Assembly (NCBI GenBank): GCA_965248575.1
Contig: CBDFJQ010000002.1
Coordinates: 2,976,001-3,040,000 of the forward strand
DNA: 64,000 nt
Source: Planctomycetota bacterium
GTDB taxonomy: Bacteria; Planctomycetota; B15-G4
Direction: 5' to 3'
Shown here: piece after piece, positions 20,495-30,099 of the stretch
How positions within the stretch are numbered: position 1 is the stretch's first letter
Layout: each line of letters starts with the position of its first letter
Position numbers and translations under genes: made by a program
Notes under the pieces: generated by a model
Databases searched by the model: none
What the model saw: only the letters and a program-made list of their open reading frames with translations
What the model was told of the DNA's origin: nothing

Positions 20495-20578
20495 ATGGCA
20501 AAGCGAGGGCGCGGCCAAGCGGGGCATTCTGGACAGGCGAGCGGCCAGCGTCCAGCAAGGAGTCCGGGGCCGCCCCGC

Positions 20579-21811
20579 TCAGCCCCGGAATCGCCGGGCG
20601 AGATCCGCCGGCAGGATCGGGCAGGCAGCGTCCGGCTTGGCGAAGAGCGAGGAGCGCGCGGCAGCCACGACGTTGTAGACACCGTCCCGGAGCGGCCGGG
20701 GCACAAGCCGCCCGCAGGCGGCGACGAAGCGCCACAGACCACCCAGGCGCCTCAGGCAGTGAAGGGCCGCATCCGAACGCATGAGAAGGTCGCCGCAGGG
20801 CGTCAGCACCACGACGCTGTCAGGCAATCCGACCCGATTCTCGGCTGGCACCGTCTGCTGGAAACTGTCTCCCTGCAGGGGTGCGTAGACAAAGGTGTCG
20901 CCAGGCACGTCCTCAGCCAGGAGGTAGCGCACGAAGCGATGACACAGGCCGCAGTACCCATCGTAGAAGACCGTGCTGGCGCCCGGACCACCTCGCGCTT
21001 TCAGCCAAGCAGGGTCGAAGCAGAACAACTGGAGCATGAGCACCGCCGCCACCAAGCCCGTGACGTCGAACAACAGAGGCAGGCAGAGGTTGAGGGCGAG
21101 CAGGATCAGCCACAGCCACGGACGCAAGCGTGCAGACAGGGCGAGCGGACCGAAGAGCAGCGCGAAGCCCAGCACGCCCCAGCTCAACGCCTCCAGCACG
21201 AGTGCTGGTAGGCCGAGCAGGAGCTCACCGAGAGCGCCTTGCCGGGACAAGGGCCCTTCCAAGCTGGCCGCCAACACGCTGCCGTCCCGCCAGACCTCGC
21301 TGCCCAAGCGCCAGGCGGCCGCGAAGCTGAGGCCACCCGCCAGGAGCAACCACGCCATTCGCAACGGCAGCGCTGCCGGGCGCCAGTCGCCGCGCGGATC
21401 GAGGCGGCCCCGGGCTCGCCATGAGCCATAGGGCACCGCAGGCATCGCAGCGTGCAATACCAACATGACCACCAATACCCCCTGCCCCGCGGCGGGCATG
21501 AAGGGGTCACGTCCCAGGAGAGCCGCCCAGAGTGCGGCCGCCGCCAGCGCGCTTCCCCGGTCCTGCCAACCCAAGGCCAGCAGCACGTGCAGCACGCAGC
21601 CCACGGCAAGGGCCGCCGTGAGCATGCCAGCGTTCACACCCCCCACAAGCTGCTCTCGATGCAGCAGCAGCCAAGCGAAGTGGCCTAGCAAGCTGACACC
21701 CAGCACGAAGCGAAAAGCGCTGTATTGGCCCCCGGTCCAACGGCCCCGCAGCGCCTCGGCCTGCGCCGAAGCACCCGATGTCACAGCCGTCGCCTGGGAG
21801 GGAGCGCTCAT
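20579..21811 (-). CDS. HTTM-like membrane domain fused to a DCC1-family thiol-disulfide oxidoreductase
   Basis: WTGGQYSAFR N-terminus, many TM helices, then FYDGYCGLCH (DxxCxxC) and RSDAAL...RDGVYNVVA...CP. Start is uncertain (21811, 21829 or 21847). Confidence 0.8.
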   Translation of the reverse strand: MSAPSQATAVTSGASAQAEALRGRWTGGQYSAFRFVLGVSLLGHFAWLLLHREQLVGGVNAGMLTAALAVGCVLHVLLALGWQDRGSALAAAALWAALLGRDPFMPAAGQGVLVVMLVLHAAMPAVPYGSWRARGRLDPRGDWRPAALPLRMAWLLLAGGLSFAAAWRLGSEVWRDGSVLAASLEGPLSRQGALGELLLGLPALVLEALSWGVLGFALLFGPLALSARLRPWLWLILLALNLCLPLLFDVTGLVAAVLMLQLFCFDPAWLKARGGPGASTVFYDGYCGLCHRFVRYLLAEDVPGDTFVYAPLQGDSFQQTVPAENRVGLPDSVVVLTPCGDLLMRSDAALHCLRRLGGLWRFVAACGRLVPRPLRDGVYNVVAAARSSLFAKPDAACPILPADLARRFRG

Positions 21812-21859
21812 GGGTCTAGTGTGCCCCATCGGATCCGTGGTGGTCACCCTCTGAGGCGA

Positions 21860-24124
21860 CTACTTCACATAGCCCAGGGCGCGCAGCTCTTCGATGTCCT
21901 CGGCGGCCATACCGCTGGTGTCGATCGCAATCTGATCGGCGCTCGTGGTGGTGTAGAAGACCAGCGCCCCGGCGGGTTCGTCCCAACCCTCCCGGGAGGC
22001 CAGCAACTTGCCGATCAGACGCTCGTCCCTCTGGAGCACGAAGGAGAACTCGTTGGTGGAGACGCGCGTCCCGTTCAGCAGCAGGTCCTTCGAGTCGGGC
22101 CAGCGCCCGTCGAGCAGTGGGGCCGCCAGCAGACGTCCCTTGGCGGCAGGCCAGCTGATCTGGACCCGCTCCGCACCTGTCGCCGCCGAACCCTGGAGGC
22201 GCGCGATGCGCTCGCTGGGCCCCGCCTTCAACAGGCTGAAGCCCTGGGACTCCGTCAGGCGCAAGCCGGTGGGCGCCCCCTCGTCGAATTGCAGCTCCAC
22301 CAGAACATCGCCGACGCGAGCGGGGTCGACAGCAAGGCTCCAGCGGCCCTGCTTGTTGTCGCGCTCGATGCGGACGCTGCTGGGTGCAGCACCCACCGCG
22401 CCCAGGTCCGACGGGTCCGACGCGTCCCGTTCCACCCAGAGCGGCACCGCCGCCGTCTGTGCCAAGGGTGTCCGTCCGAGGTAGATGGAACCCGGGTAGG
22501 CCCCCGTGACCGTCGCGCTTCCGGCTCCCGTGCGCGAGAGTCTCCACTCACAACGCTGCATGGGGCGGTCGAGCAGCAGCAAGACGTCCACCGGTTCGTC
22601 GGACACGCTCACTTCGAATCGGTGCTGTTGGCCGTCGCTCACGAGCCCGCTGGCACCCAGCGCAGACTCCAGCTGCGCGGAGCCGAGCCGCACCTCCAGC
22701 GACACCGTGTAGTCATCCGCCTCGGGCAACAGCCGCACGCCCAGGGCGTTCTTCGGCCGGAAGGCCTTCATGCTCTCTCGCAAGCCATGCAGAGTGGCGG
22801 CCGGCAGCTCGCCCGACAGCTCGCGCGTCTCGCGCGGGTCGTCGGCCCAGGCGAACACGGCGGGCTCGGGATCCAAGCCATCCACGTACTTCAGCTGCGC
22901 CGTGCGCAAGCCCTTCTCCACATGGTCCGAGGACTCCACGAACACCTGCTCGTGCACCCGCGCGTCGGGGTCGTCCAGCAGCGGCACGAGGCTGCGCCCT
23001 TCGCTGACAGGTTCGGGTTCCAGGCCCAGCAGCTCCACCACCGTCGGCAGCAGATCGATGTTCTGGGTCAAGGATGTGCAGTGGCTGGCCACGGTCTGGC
23101 CGGGCAGCTTGATCAGCAAGGGCGTGCGGGTCACCCCTTCATACAAGCGCTGATGGCTGAAGTTGATGTTGCCGTGACCCCAGCTCTCGTCCTCGAGATT
23201 CTCGCCGTGGTCCGCCAACACGATCACCAGGGCTTCGTCGAAGAGCCCCTCGCCGCGCAGTCGATCGAAGAGCCGCCCCAGTTCTTGATCACAAGCCCTG
23301 ATCTCGCCGTCGTAGAGCGCGCGACCATCGGCGAGGCGCACCGCCTTGCGAACAACCTCGTCCTCGATCTCGTTGATGAAGAACTCGCGCTCCCGACCGC
23401 GGGGTTTCAGCGTTGCCAGCTGCGCCTCGTACTCCGGGTGCCCCGCTTGCCGCAGGTGCTCGGCGAGGAAACGATTGCGGTGCGCCTCGGGCGGGTCATA
23501 GGGCGTGTGCGGGTCGAAGTAATGTGTCCAAAGGAAGAGCGGCTTCTGCGGCGCCTCGACCTTCCAGCGTTCCAGCTGCGTGAACGCGCGCTCGTTGGTG
23601 TGGTCGGCCTTGCCCACCACGTGCCGCCGCTCCTCGGCCGGGATGTAGCCGGGCAAGGTGGAGAAGGCAGCCCAGCCCCGGTCCATGGCGGTGCCCGGCA
23701 TGCGCTGGGTCATGCTCGGGTGACTCAGGACGGCCGCGCTGTAGTAACCCGCGGCCGAGAGGCGCTCGGCGAGGGTGGACGCTTCGCCATTCCCGCTGGA
23801 CACCCCCTCCACGGGCACCGCCGTGTAGTTGCGGTGGGTCTTGGGGTAGAGCCCGGTGAGAACCGAGGTGATGGACGCGAAGGTGGCGTTGCACTGGGTC
23901 GTGTTGGCCGAGAAGCGGTGCGACTGAGCCGCGAGCGCATCCAGGGTGGGGCTCGTGGGCAGCTCGTAGCCCTCAAAACCCAGGTGATCCGCCCGCAGGG
24001 TGTCGATGATCACGAGCACCACCGGCGGGCGTTCCGGGAAACGCGCCGGGGGCGGCGCAGGCTCGCTGCAGGCAGCCGCCAGCACCAGCAGGAGGGGCAA
24101 CAAGACAGACTTCGCGCACGTCAT
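21860..24124 (-). CDS. Sulfatase-like alkaline phosphatase superfamily lipoprotein with a non-canonical nucleophile motif
   Basis: Lipobox LAAAC; IDTLRADHL, HYFDPHTPY, ADHGE and C-terminal LRALGY. The CxPxR site reads ATFASITSVLTG. Confidence 0.8.
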   Translation of the reverse strand: MTCAKSVLLPLLLVLAAACSEPAPPPARFPERPPVVLVIIDTLRADHLGFEGYELPTSPTLDALAAQSHRFSANTTQCNATFASITSVLTGLYPKTHRNYTAVPVEGVSSGNGEASTLAERLSAAGYYSAAVLSHPSMTQRMPGTAMDRGWAAFSTLPGYIPAEERRHVVGKADHTNERAFTQLERWKVEAPQKPLFLWTHYFDPHTPYDPPEAHRNRFLAEHLRQAGHPEYEAQLATLKPRGREREFFINEIEDEVVRKAVRLADGRALYDGEIRACDQELGRLFDRLRGEGLFDEALVIVLADHGENLEDESWGHGNINFSHQRLYEGVTRTPLLIKLPGQTVASHCTSLTQNIDLLPTVVELLGLEPEPVSEGRSLVPLLDDPDARVHEQVFVESSDHVEKGLRTAQLKYVDGLDPEPAVFAWADDPRETRELSGELPAATLHGLRESMKAFRPKNALGVRLLPEADDYTVSLEVRLGSAQLESALGASGLVSDGQQHRFEVSVSDEPVDVLLLLDRPMQRCEWRLSRTGAGSATVTGAYPGSIYLGRTPLAQTAAVPLWVERDASDPSDLGAVGAAPSSVRIERDNKQGRWSLAVDPARVGDVLVELQFDEGAPTGLRLTESQGFSLLKAGPSERIARLQGSAATGAERVQISWPAAKGRLLAAPLLDGRWPDSKDLLLNGTRVSTNEFSFVLQRDERLIGKLLASREGWDEPAGALVFYTTTSADQIAIDTSGMAAEDIEELRALGYVK

Positions 24125-24228
24125 GTGGCCAGCCTATCACCGCAGTCCTGGACGCACGCACGACCAAGACCGATCATGCAGGGCTCACGACCGCGCCCTC
24201 TTGATCACGCCCCACCCCACTCCACCGG

Positions 24229-24831
24229 ATGCATCCCATGGACGTCCTCGCCAAAGCCACTGCCGTCGACCCCGACATCCTCGCCAACCTGGGGCCGCTG
24301 GCCAACCTGGCCGGAGTCTGGGAGGGGGACGAAGGCGTCGACACCTCGCCCACGAGCAACGGGACCGAGGTCACCAAGTACCGCGAGCGCGCGGTGTTCA
24401 CGCCCATGGGCCCCGTGGTCAACGGCCCCCAGGTGATGTACGGCCTGCGCTACTCCACCACCGCCTGGCCCCTGGGCTCCGAAGACCCCTTCCACGAAGA
24501 GCTCGGCTACTGGCTGTGGGACGCCAAGCGCAACCTGGTCATGCGCTGCTTCATGGTGCCCCGGGCCGTGCAAGTCTCCGCGGGCGCCACGGTGCAGGCG
24601 GACGCCACCCGCTTTCTCATGAAGGCCGAGGCGGGCAACAACGTTTTCGGCATTCTCTCGAACCCCTTCCTGCACGAGTTCACCAACACCGAACGCTACG
24701 AGTGCGACGTCACGATCCAAGCCCACGGCAGCTTCACCTATGCCGAGGACACGGTGCTGCGCATCCACGGGCACGATGAGGTGTTCCACCACACGGACGA
24801 GAACAGCCTCACGCGGGTCAGCGACGCGTGA
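24229..24831 (+). CDS. Nitrobindin/THAP4-like heme-binding beta-barrel (DUF1794)
   Basis: LGPLANLAGVWEG, FHEELGYWLWD and C-terminal FHHTDENSL. Start may be 24238. Confidence 0.8.
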   Translation: MHPMDVLAKATAVDPDILANLGPLANLAGVWEGDEGVDTSPTSNGTEVTKYRERAVFTPMGPVVNGPQVMYGLRYSTTAWPLGSEDPFHEELGYWLWDAKRNLVMRCFMVPRAVQVSAGATVQADATRFLMKAEAGNNVFGILSNPFLHEFTNTERYECDVTIQAHGSFTYAEDTVLRIHGHDEVFHHTDENSLTRVSDA

Positions 24832-26246
24832 CCCCGACCCGCCGCGAGCTGCTCAAGTCGGCAGCCGCTGCGGCGGCCCTGCCAGCCATGGCTGGCTTTC
24901 CGACGCTGGGGGCGGCGCCTCAGGAACAGGACGAGCGCGTCGACCCATCGCAGGCTGCGCCCAAGCGACCCAACATCCTGTTCGTGCTGGCGGACAGTCA
25001 CCGGGCCCAGTCCATGGGCTGCTACGGCGACAAGCAGATCATGACGCCGCAGTTCGACGCCTTCGCGAAGCAAGGCGTGCGCTTCACGAGCTCGGTGGCC
25101 AACACGCCCCTCTGCCGCCCCTACCGCGCCTCGCTCATGTCGGGCACCTGGGGCCATCGCAACGGCATGCTCACCAACACTTCCGAGCGTAACTTCGGGG
25201 TGCAGGGCCGCCGGCAGTGGACGCCGGGCGAGCTGTCGACCCTGGGTGAGAGCTTCCGCGAGGCCGGCTATCGCTGCGGCTATGTCGGCAAGTGGCACCT
25301 GGGCGCGGCCAACCTCGCCCCGGGCCCCCTGCGTTTCGGGTTCGACGACGGCTGGGCCGTGGGTGTCCAACCGGTGCACGAGTACACCCACTGGTCCTAC
25401 TTCACCGGCAAGGACGAACGGGTCTCCGGCGGCGGCCGCTTCCGCCCCGCCATGGAAGCGGACCTGGCCCTAGATTTCATCGACGAGAGCGCCGAGCAGG
25501 ACGACGAGCGGCCCTGGCTCTGCATGTTGTCCTGGGGCCCGCCCCACGACCCCTTCCTGCCGCCCAAGAAATACCGGCACTACAGTGGCATCAAGCTGCC
25601 CCCCAACATCCCCCTCGGGGGTGACGCCGAACGCATCGCCCGGGAAGAGCTGCCCCTCTACATGGGCCTGATCGAAGCCATCGACCACGAGTTCGGCCGG
25701 CTCATGACGCAGCTCCATAAACGCGGCCTCGACGACAACACCCTGGTCATCTACACCTCCGACCACGGCAACATGATGGGCGCCTTCAACTACCTCGGAA
25801 AGGAGATGCCGTACCACGAGTCCACGGGCGTGCCGCTGCTCATGCGCTGGCCCGGCCAGCTCGAGGCAGGCAGCACCTACGACACGCCCTTCGGTGCGCC
25901 GGACATCTTCCCCACGCTGCTGGGTATGAGCGGCATCGACATGCCGGACGGCATCGACGGCATGGATCTCTCGGGCGACATCCGTGGCCTGCCCGATGCG
26001 CCCAGCCAAGAGGCGGCCTATCTCGCGGTCTGGGATGCGCCCGTGACACCCTGGCCGGGGTGGCGAGGGGTGCGCACGAAGCGGCATCTGTTTGCGCGCA
26101 AGCAGGATAAGCCTTGGATGCTGTTCGACCTTGTTGACGACCCTTGGCAGCTGAACGACTTGCGGAAAGCGGATATTCCGTTGCGGCGGGAGTTGGACAA
26201 GATGACGGGGGAGATAATGGAGCGGCTTGGGGACAGCTGGGGGTAG
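24828..26246 (+). CDS. Tat-exported formylglycine-dependent sulfatase
   Basis: TRRELLK Tat signal; PNILFVLAD, LCRPYRASLMSG (CxPxR), GKWHLG, PPHDP and TSDHG. Confidence 0.92.
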   Translation: MTPTRRELLKSAAAAAALPAMAGFPTLGAAPQEQDERVDPSQAAPKRPNILFVLADSHRAQSMGCYGDKQIMTPQFDAFAKQGVRFTSSVANTPLCRPYRASLMSGTWGHRNGMLTNTSERNFGVQGRRQWTPGELSTLGESFREAGYRCGYVGKWHLGAANLAPGPLRFGFDDGWAVGVQPVHEYTHWSYFTGKDERVSGGGRFRPAMEADLALDFIDESAEQDDERPWLCMLSWGPPHDPFLPPKKYRHYSGIKLPPNIPLGGDAERIAREELPLYMGLIEAIDHEFGRLMTQLHKRGLDDNTLVIYTSDHGNMMGAFNYLGKEMPYHESTGVPLLMRWPGQLEAGSTYDTPFGAPDIFPTLLGMSGIDMPDGIDGMDLSGDIRGLPDAPSQEAAYLAVWDAPVTPWPGWRGVRTKRHLFARKQDKPWMLFDLVDDPWQLNDLRKADIPLRRELDKMTGEIMERLGDSWG

Positions 26247-26294
26247 GGGACGACTAGATCGTTCGCTCGGCGACGGCGGGTCGGTTGGCGCTCT

Positions 26295-26336
26295 GGGGGG
26301 CGTGGGGTGGTTCCCGCCCCACGCCCCACGCCCCCC
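26295..26336. terminator. GC-rich hairpin between convergent sulfatase and bioD
   Basis: 13-bp stem GGGGGGCGTGGGG / CCCCACGCCCCCC. Confidence 0.4.
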
Positions 26337-26539
26337 GCCGCTCCAGTCGGGACGGGGGCCGGGGGCGAGGTGATCGGCGGCGGCTCAACCGTCACAAACA
26401 CCGGGTAGTCCATACGCGGGACCCACCGACTCGACTTCAAGGCGCCCCACGCGCGCCAACACCCAGAGTCTTGAGTGGTGAGGGCTCCCCACCACGGACG
26501 TCCCGACGGCCGCGCGCAACGCGCCGCGACTCGTGTCTC

Positions 26540-26644
26540 GGCGTGCTGTGGGGGAGCAACTTCTCCCACGTGAGTTCCGCAGCGAGGCGCAGCCTCGCGA
26601 GGATGTCTGAGCCTGGGAGAAGCTGCTCCCCCACAGCCACCACC
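26540..26644. repeat. Palindromic REP-like element, copy 2
   Basis: GCTGTGGGGGAGCA.CTTCTCCCA...TGGGAGAAG.TGCTCCCCCACAGC, with core GAGTT..CGAGGCGCAGCCTCG..TGTCTGAG. Confidence 0.6.
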
Positions 26645-26666
26645 AACTCAACGAGCCACGAAGCCT

Positions 26667-27356
26667 CTAACAGCGAGCCGCCACAGCGTCCAAGACCGGA
26701 GCCATCACCGCATCAGACGGCGCTTCGCCGTGCGGGAACTCCGCCAGGACCGGCGTCTCGATCACCGTGCCCAGCGCGCTGAGGTTCACGCGATCCGTAC
26801 CGGACACAGGTTTCTTGGGGCTGTTGAGCACGATGCCCAGAGGGTTCAGGCCGGCGGAGCAGAGCACCCGTTCGGTGAGCGCCGTGTGGTTGAGCGTGCC
26901 CAGACCTGTGCGCGCGACGACGAGCACGTCCAGCTCGAGACGGTCCGCCAGGTCGAGGTAGTTGACGCCTGGGGCCAGGGGCACCAGCACGCCGCCGGCG
27001 CCTTCGACGATGACGATGTCGTGGGCCTCGCTCAGCCGGCCGTAGGCGGACTCGATCACCGCCATGTCGATCTCGGCGCCTTCTTCGAGGGCTGCGATGG
27101 ACGGCGCGGCGGGCAGCCGGAACACATAGGGCAGCACGTCGCTCAGGGGCGCTTCGGTTTCGGAGGCGCGCATGAGGCGTTCGGCGTCGCTGCCCGGAGG
27201 TGCTTCCAGAGGACGTTGGCCACCGGCCATGCCCGTCTCGCAGGGTTTCATCACGCCGACCCGCTTGCCCGCGGCCTTCAACGCGCGGATCAGATGGCAG
27301 CTGACCCAGGTCTTGCCGACGCTGGTGTCCGTTCCCGTGATGAGCAGTCCGCTCAT
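26667..27356 (-). CDS. bioD: Dethiobiotin synthase
   Basis: ITGTDTSVGKT P-loop, KPCETG, VEGAGG and GTLNHT; ATGA overlap with bioA. Confidence 0.95.
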   Translation of the reverse strand: MSGLLITGTDTSVGKTWVSCHLIRALKAAGKRVGVMKPCETGMAGGQRPLEAPPGSDAERLMRASETEAPLSDVLPYVFRLPAAPSIAALEEGAEIDMAVIESAYGRLSEAHDIVIVEGAGGVLVPLAPGVNYLDLADRLELDVLVVARTGLGTLNHTALTERVLCSAGLNPLGIVLNSPKKPVSGTDRVNLSALGTVIETPVLAEFPHGEAPSDAVMAPVLDAVAARC

Positions 27357-28798
27357 GAGGCTGTCTCCATGAAGCCGGTGAGGCACTCGTCCAAGGACTC
27401 GCGCAGCACCTGCACGATGCGCACGGCCTGCTCCTCGGTGGTGCAGAAGGGCGGCATGAGCACGACCGTGTCGCCCAACGGCCGGATGATCACGCCGTGA
27501 TCACGGGCGACAACGCAGACCTGGTGGCCCACGCGCATGGACGTGGGGAACCAGACGGGGGTCTCGCTGCCGACGCCGCGCGTGCCGCCACCGGTGGTGT
27601 CTTGGGGTGAGCCGGCGGGTGTGCCGCCGCTGCGGCTGGCCACGAGCTCCACGCCGAACATCGAGCCGTAGCCGCGCACCTCCAGCACGTTCGGATGCTC
27701 GGCGAGCTTCGACAACTCCCCGCTGAGGATCGCGGTGAGCTGTTGCACCCGCTCGAGGAAACCGTCGGCCGTGCACAGGCGCAGGCTGGCCAAGCCCGCA
27801 GCGCAGGCGAGGGCATTGCCCGTGAAAGTGTGGCCGTGGAAGAAGGTTCGGAATTCTTCGTAGCGCCCCCCGAAGCCGTCGAAGATGCGCTCGGTGGAGA
27901 GGGTCGCAGCCAGGGGCAGGTAGCCGCCCGAGAGGCCCTTCGCCAAGCACAGGATGTCGGGCGTGATGCTCTCCCGCTCGCAGGCGAAGAGGGTGTCGCT
28001 GCGCCCGAAGCCCGTGGCCACTTCGTCGACGACGATCAGGGCGCCGGCGGCTCGGCAGCGGTCCACCACCGCCTGTGTGAAGCCGTCGGGGTAGACGCGG
28101 ATGCCTGCGGCGCCTTGCACACCGGGCTCGATCACCAGCGCGGCGAACTGCTCGCCCTCGGCAGCTAGCACGGCGTCGAGCTCTGCAAGGCAGCGCTCGG
28201 CATCGTCGGCGCGGATGGCGGCCGTGGGCCCACGCGGCACGGACACCCGGCCCGTGTGGAAGAGCAACGGCTGGAACACCGAGTGGAAGAGATCGATGCC
28301 GCCCACCGACACCGAACCGATGGTGTCGCCGTGATAGGCGTCTTCGAGACACAGGAAACGCGTGCGCTGGGTGCTCTCACCCTCGGTCTGGCGCCAGAAC
28401 TGGAAGGCCATCTTGAGCGCCACTTCCACCGCTGTGGAACCGCTGTCGGAGTAGAACACTCGACTCAGCTCGCCGGGCGTCACCGCCAGCAACGCTTCGG
28501 CCAGCTCGATGGAGGGTTCGCCGCCCAGGCCGAGCAGCGTGCTGTGACCCACACGCCCCACTTGCTCGCGCACGGCTGCGTCGATCTCGGGCACGCGGTG
28601 CCCGTGCAGGGCGCACCACAGGGAGGACACGCCGTCGATGTAGCGCTTGCCGTCGGCGTCGATGAGCTCGCTGCCCTCCGCGGAACGGATGACCGGGAAC
28701 TCCTCGCTCATCCAGCCGCTCATCTGCGTAAAGGGGTGCCACAGGACACGGCGATCCGCCTCCCGCAGTTCCTCATTGCTGCGCTCGGTATCGGTCAT
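27353..28798 (-). CDS. bioA: Adenosylmethionine--8-amino-7-oxononanoate aminotransferase
   Basis: LWHPFTQ, DGVSSLW, DSGSTAVEVALK, YHGDT, DEVATGFGR, AKGLSGGYLP and HGHTFTGN. Confidence 0.96.
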   Translation of the reverse strand: MTDTERSNEELREADRRVLWHPFTQMSGWMSEEFPVIRSAEGSELIDADGKRYIDGVSSLWCALHGHRVPEIDAAVREQVGRVGHSTLLGLGGEPSIELAEALLAVTPGELSRVFYSDSGSTAVEVALKMAFQFWRQTEGESTQRTRFLCLEDAYHGDTIGSVSVGGIDLFHSVFQPLLFHTGRVSVPRGPTAAIRADDAERCLAELDAVLAAEGEQFAALVIEPGVQGAAGIRVYPDGFTQAVVDRCRAAGALIVVDEVATGFGRSDTLFACERESITPDILCLAKGLSGGYLPLAATLSTERIFDGFGGRYEEFRTFFHGHTFTGNALACAAGLASLRLCTADGFLERVQQLTAILSGELSKLAEHPNVLEVRGYGSMFGVELVASRSGGTPAGSPQDTTGGGTRGVGSETPVWFPTSMRVGHQVCVVARDHGVIIRPLGDTVVLMPPFCTTEEQAVRIVQVLRESLDECLTGFMETAS

Positions 28799-30099
28799 GA
28801 GGGAATCTCCGACAGGGCCTGGGCCACGGCTGCCGCCACTTCGCGGCACTGCCGGGGTTCGTGCTCGGCGGTGACGGTGAGGCGCAGACGCGCCTGGCCT
28901 TCGGGCACGGTGGGCGGCCGCACGGCGGGCACGAAGTGGCCTCGGGACAAGAGCAGCTCGGCCACATCGACCGCCCGCCGGTCGTCGCCCAGGGGCACGG
29001 CCACGATGGGTGAATCGCCCTGCAAGATCGACACGCCCTGTTCGCTCAAGACCTCGCGCAGCAGCTGCGCGGTGCTCTGCAGGCGAGCGGCCCGCTCGGG
29101 CTCAGCGACGAAGACATCGAGGGCCTCCCGGGCCGCCGCCACCACGGTGGGCGGCAGGGCGCAGGTGAAGACGAAGGTGCGGCTGGTCTGGACCAGCAGC
29201 TCGCGCGTGGCCTCGTCGCACAGGGCAAAGCCGCCAAAGGAGCCGAGCGCCTTGCCGAGGTTACCCACCTGCACGGCGACACGATCGGCAACCCCCGCTG
29301 CGGCTGCGGCGCCCAGGCCCCGGGGGCCCACAGCCCCCAGTCCATGGGCGTCGTCCACCACCACATGGGCTCCGACCGCGTCGGCCAGGTCCACGATCTC
29401 GGCCAGCGGCGCGCGGTCACCATCCATGGAGTACACGCCTTCTGCCAAGACGAGGGTGCGCCCGAAGGAGCCCGCGTCTTCCAACGCCTCGCTCAGAGCA
29501 GCCAGATCGTTGTGCGGCAAGACTCGCACCGTCGCGCCGGACAATCGGCAGGCGTCCACGGTGCTCGCGTGCCCCAGGCAATCCGAGAGGATCAGGTCAC
29601 CGGGCCCCGCCAAGGCCGTGATCACCCCGACGTTGGCCAGGTAGCCCGACGAAAAGCTCAGGGCCGCGGGCCGCTCGAAGGCGTCGGCCAAGCTGCGCTC
29701 AAGGGACGCGATGGAGCCGTCATGCCCTGCCAGCAGGCGTGCGGAACCGCTGCTCGTGCCCTCGTTGCGAGCGGCCTGCGCCGCGGCCTGCGCCAAACGC
29801 GGATGGCGCGCCAGACCCAGGTAATCACAGGACGCGAAGGAGATGGCCTCGATGCCGTCCACGCGCACAGCGCAAGCGGAACCGGTGTGGGCGTCGGCAC
29901 GAGAGTTTGCGCTGGCATCGGTAGCGGCACCGATAGCCGCACCGACAGCGGAGCGCGGCCGAGCACTGGGCTCCACTTCCCTCAGCTGCCGACGGCGGCC
30001 TGCAGCATCGATGGCCGCCAAGGACTCTGCAAGCTGCGCCGAAAGTTGACGGCAGCTCGGGTCGACGGAGGCCTGGCGGCTGCTCTCAGGCGGTCCCAT
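28795..30099 (-). CDS. bioF: 8-amino-7-oxononanoate synthase
   Basis: FASCDYLGL, SSGYLAN, HASTVD, EGVYSMDGD, DDAHG, GNLGKALG and RPPTVP. Confidence 0.93.
   Translation of the reverse strand: MGPPESSRQASVDPSCRQLSAQLAESLAAIDAAGRRRQLREVEPSARPRSAVGAAIGAATDASANSRADAHTGSACAVRVDGIEAISFASCDYLGLARHPRLAQAAAQAARNEGTSSGSARLLAGHDGSIASLERSLADAFERPAALSFSSGYLANVGVITALAGPGDLILSDCLGHASTVDACRLSGATVRVLPHNDLAALSEALEDAGSFGRTLVLAEGVYSMDGDRAPLAEIVDLADAVGAHVVVDDAHGLGAVGPRGLGAAAAAGVADRVAVQVGNLGKALGSFGGFALCDEATRELLVQTSRTFVFTCALPPTVVAAAREALDVFVAEPERAARLQSTAQLLREVLSEQGVSILQGDSPIVAVPLGDDRRAVDVAELLLSRGHFVPAVRPPTVPEGQARLRLTVTAEHEPRQCREVAAAVAQALSEIPS

Noticed and set aside
24229..24831. Nitrobindin as part of the nitrogen-oxide system
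   Set aside because: It lies over 10 kb away, on the opposite strand, and is coupled to a sulfatase; nothing in the sequence links them.
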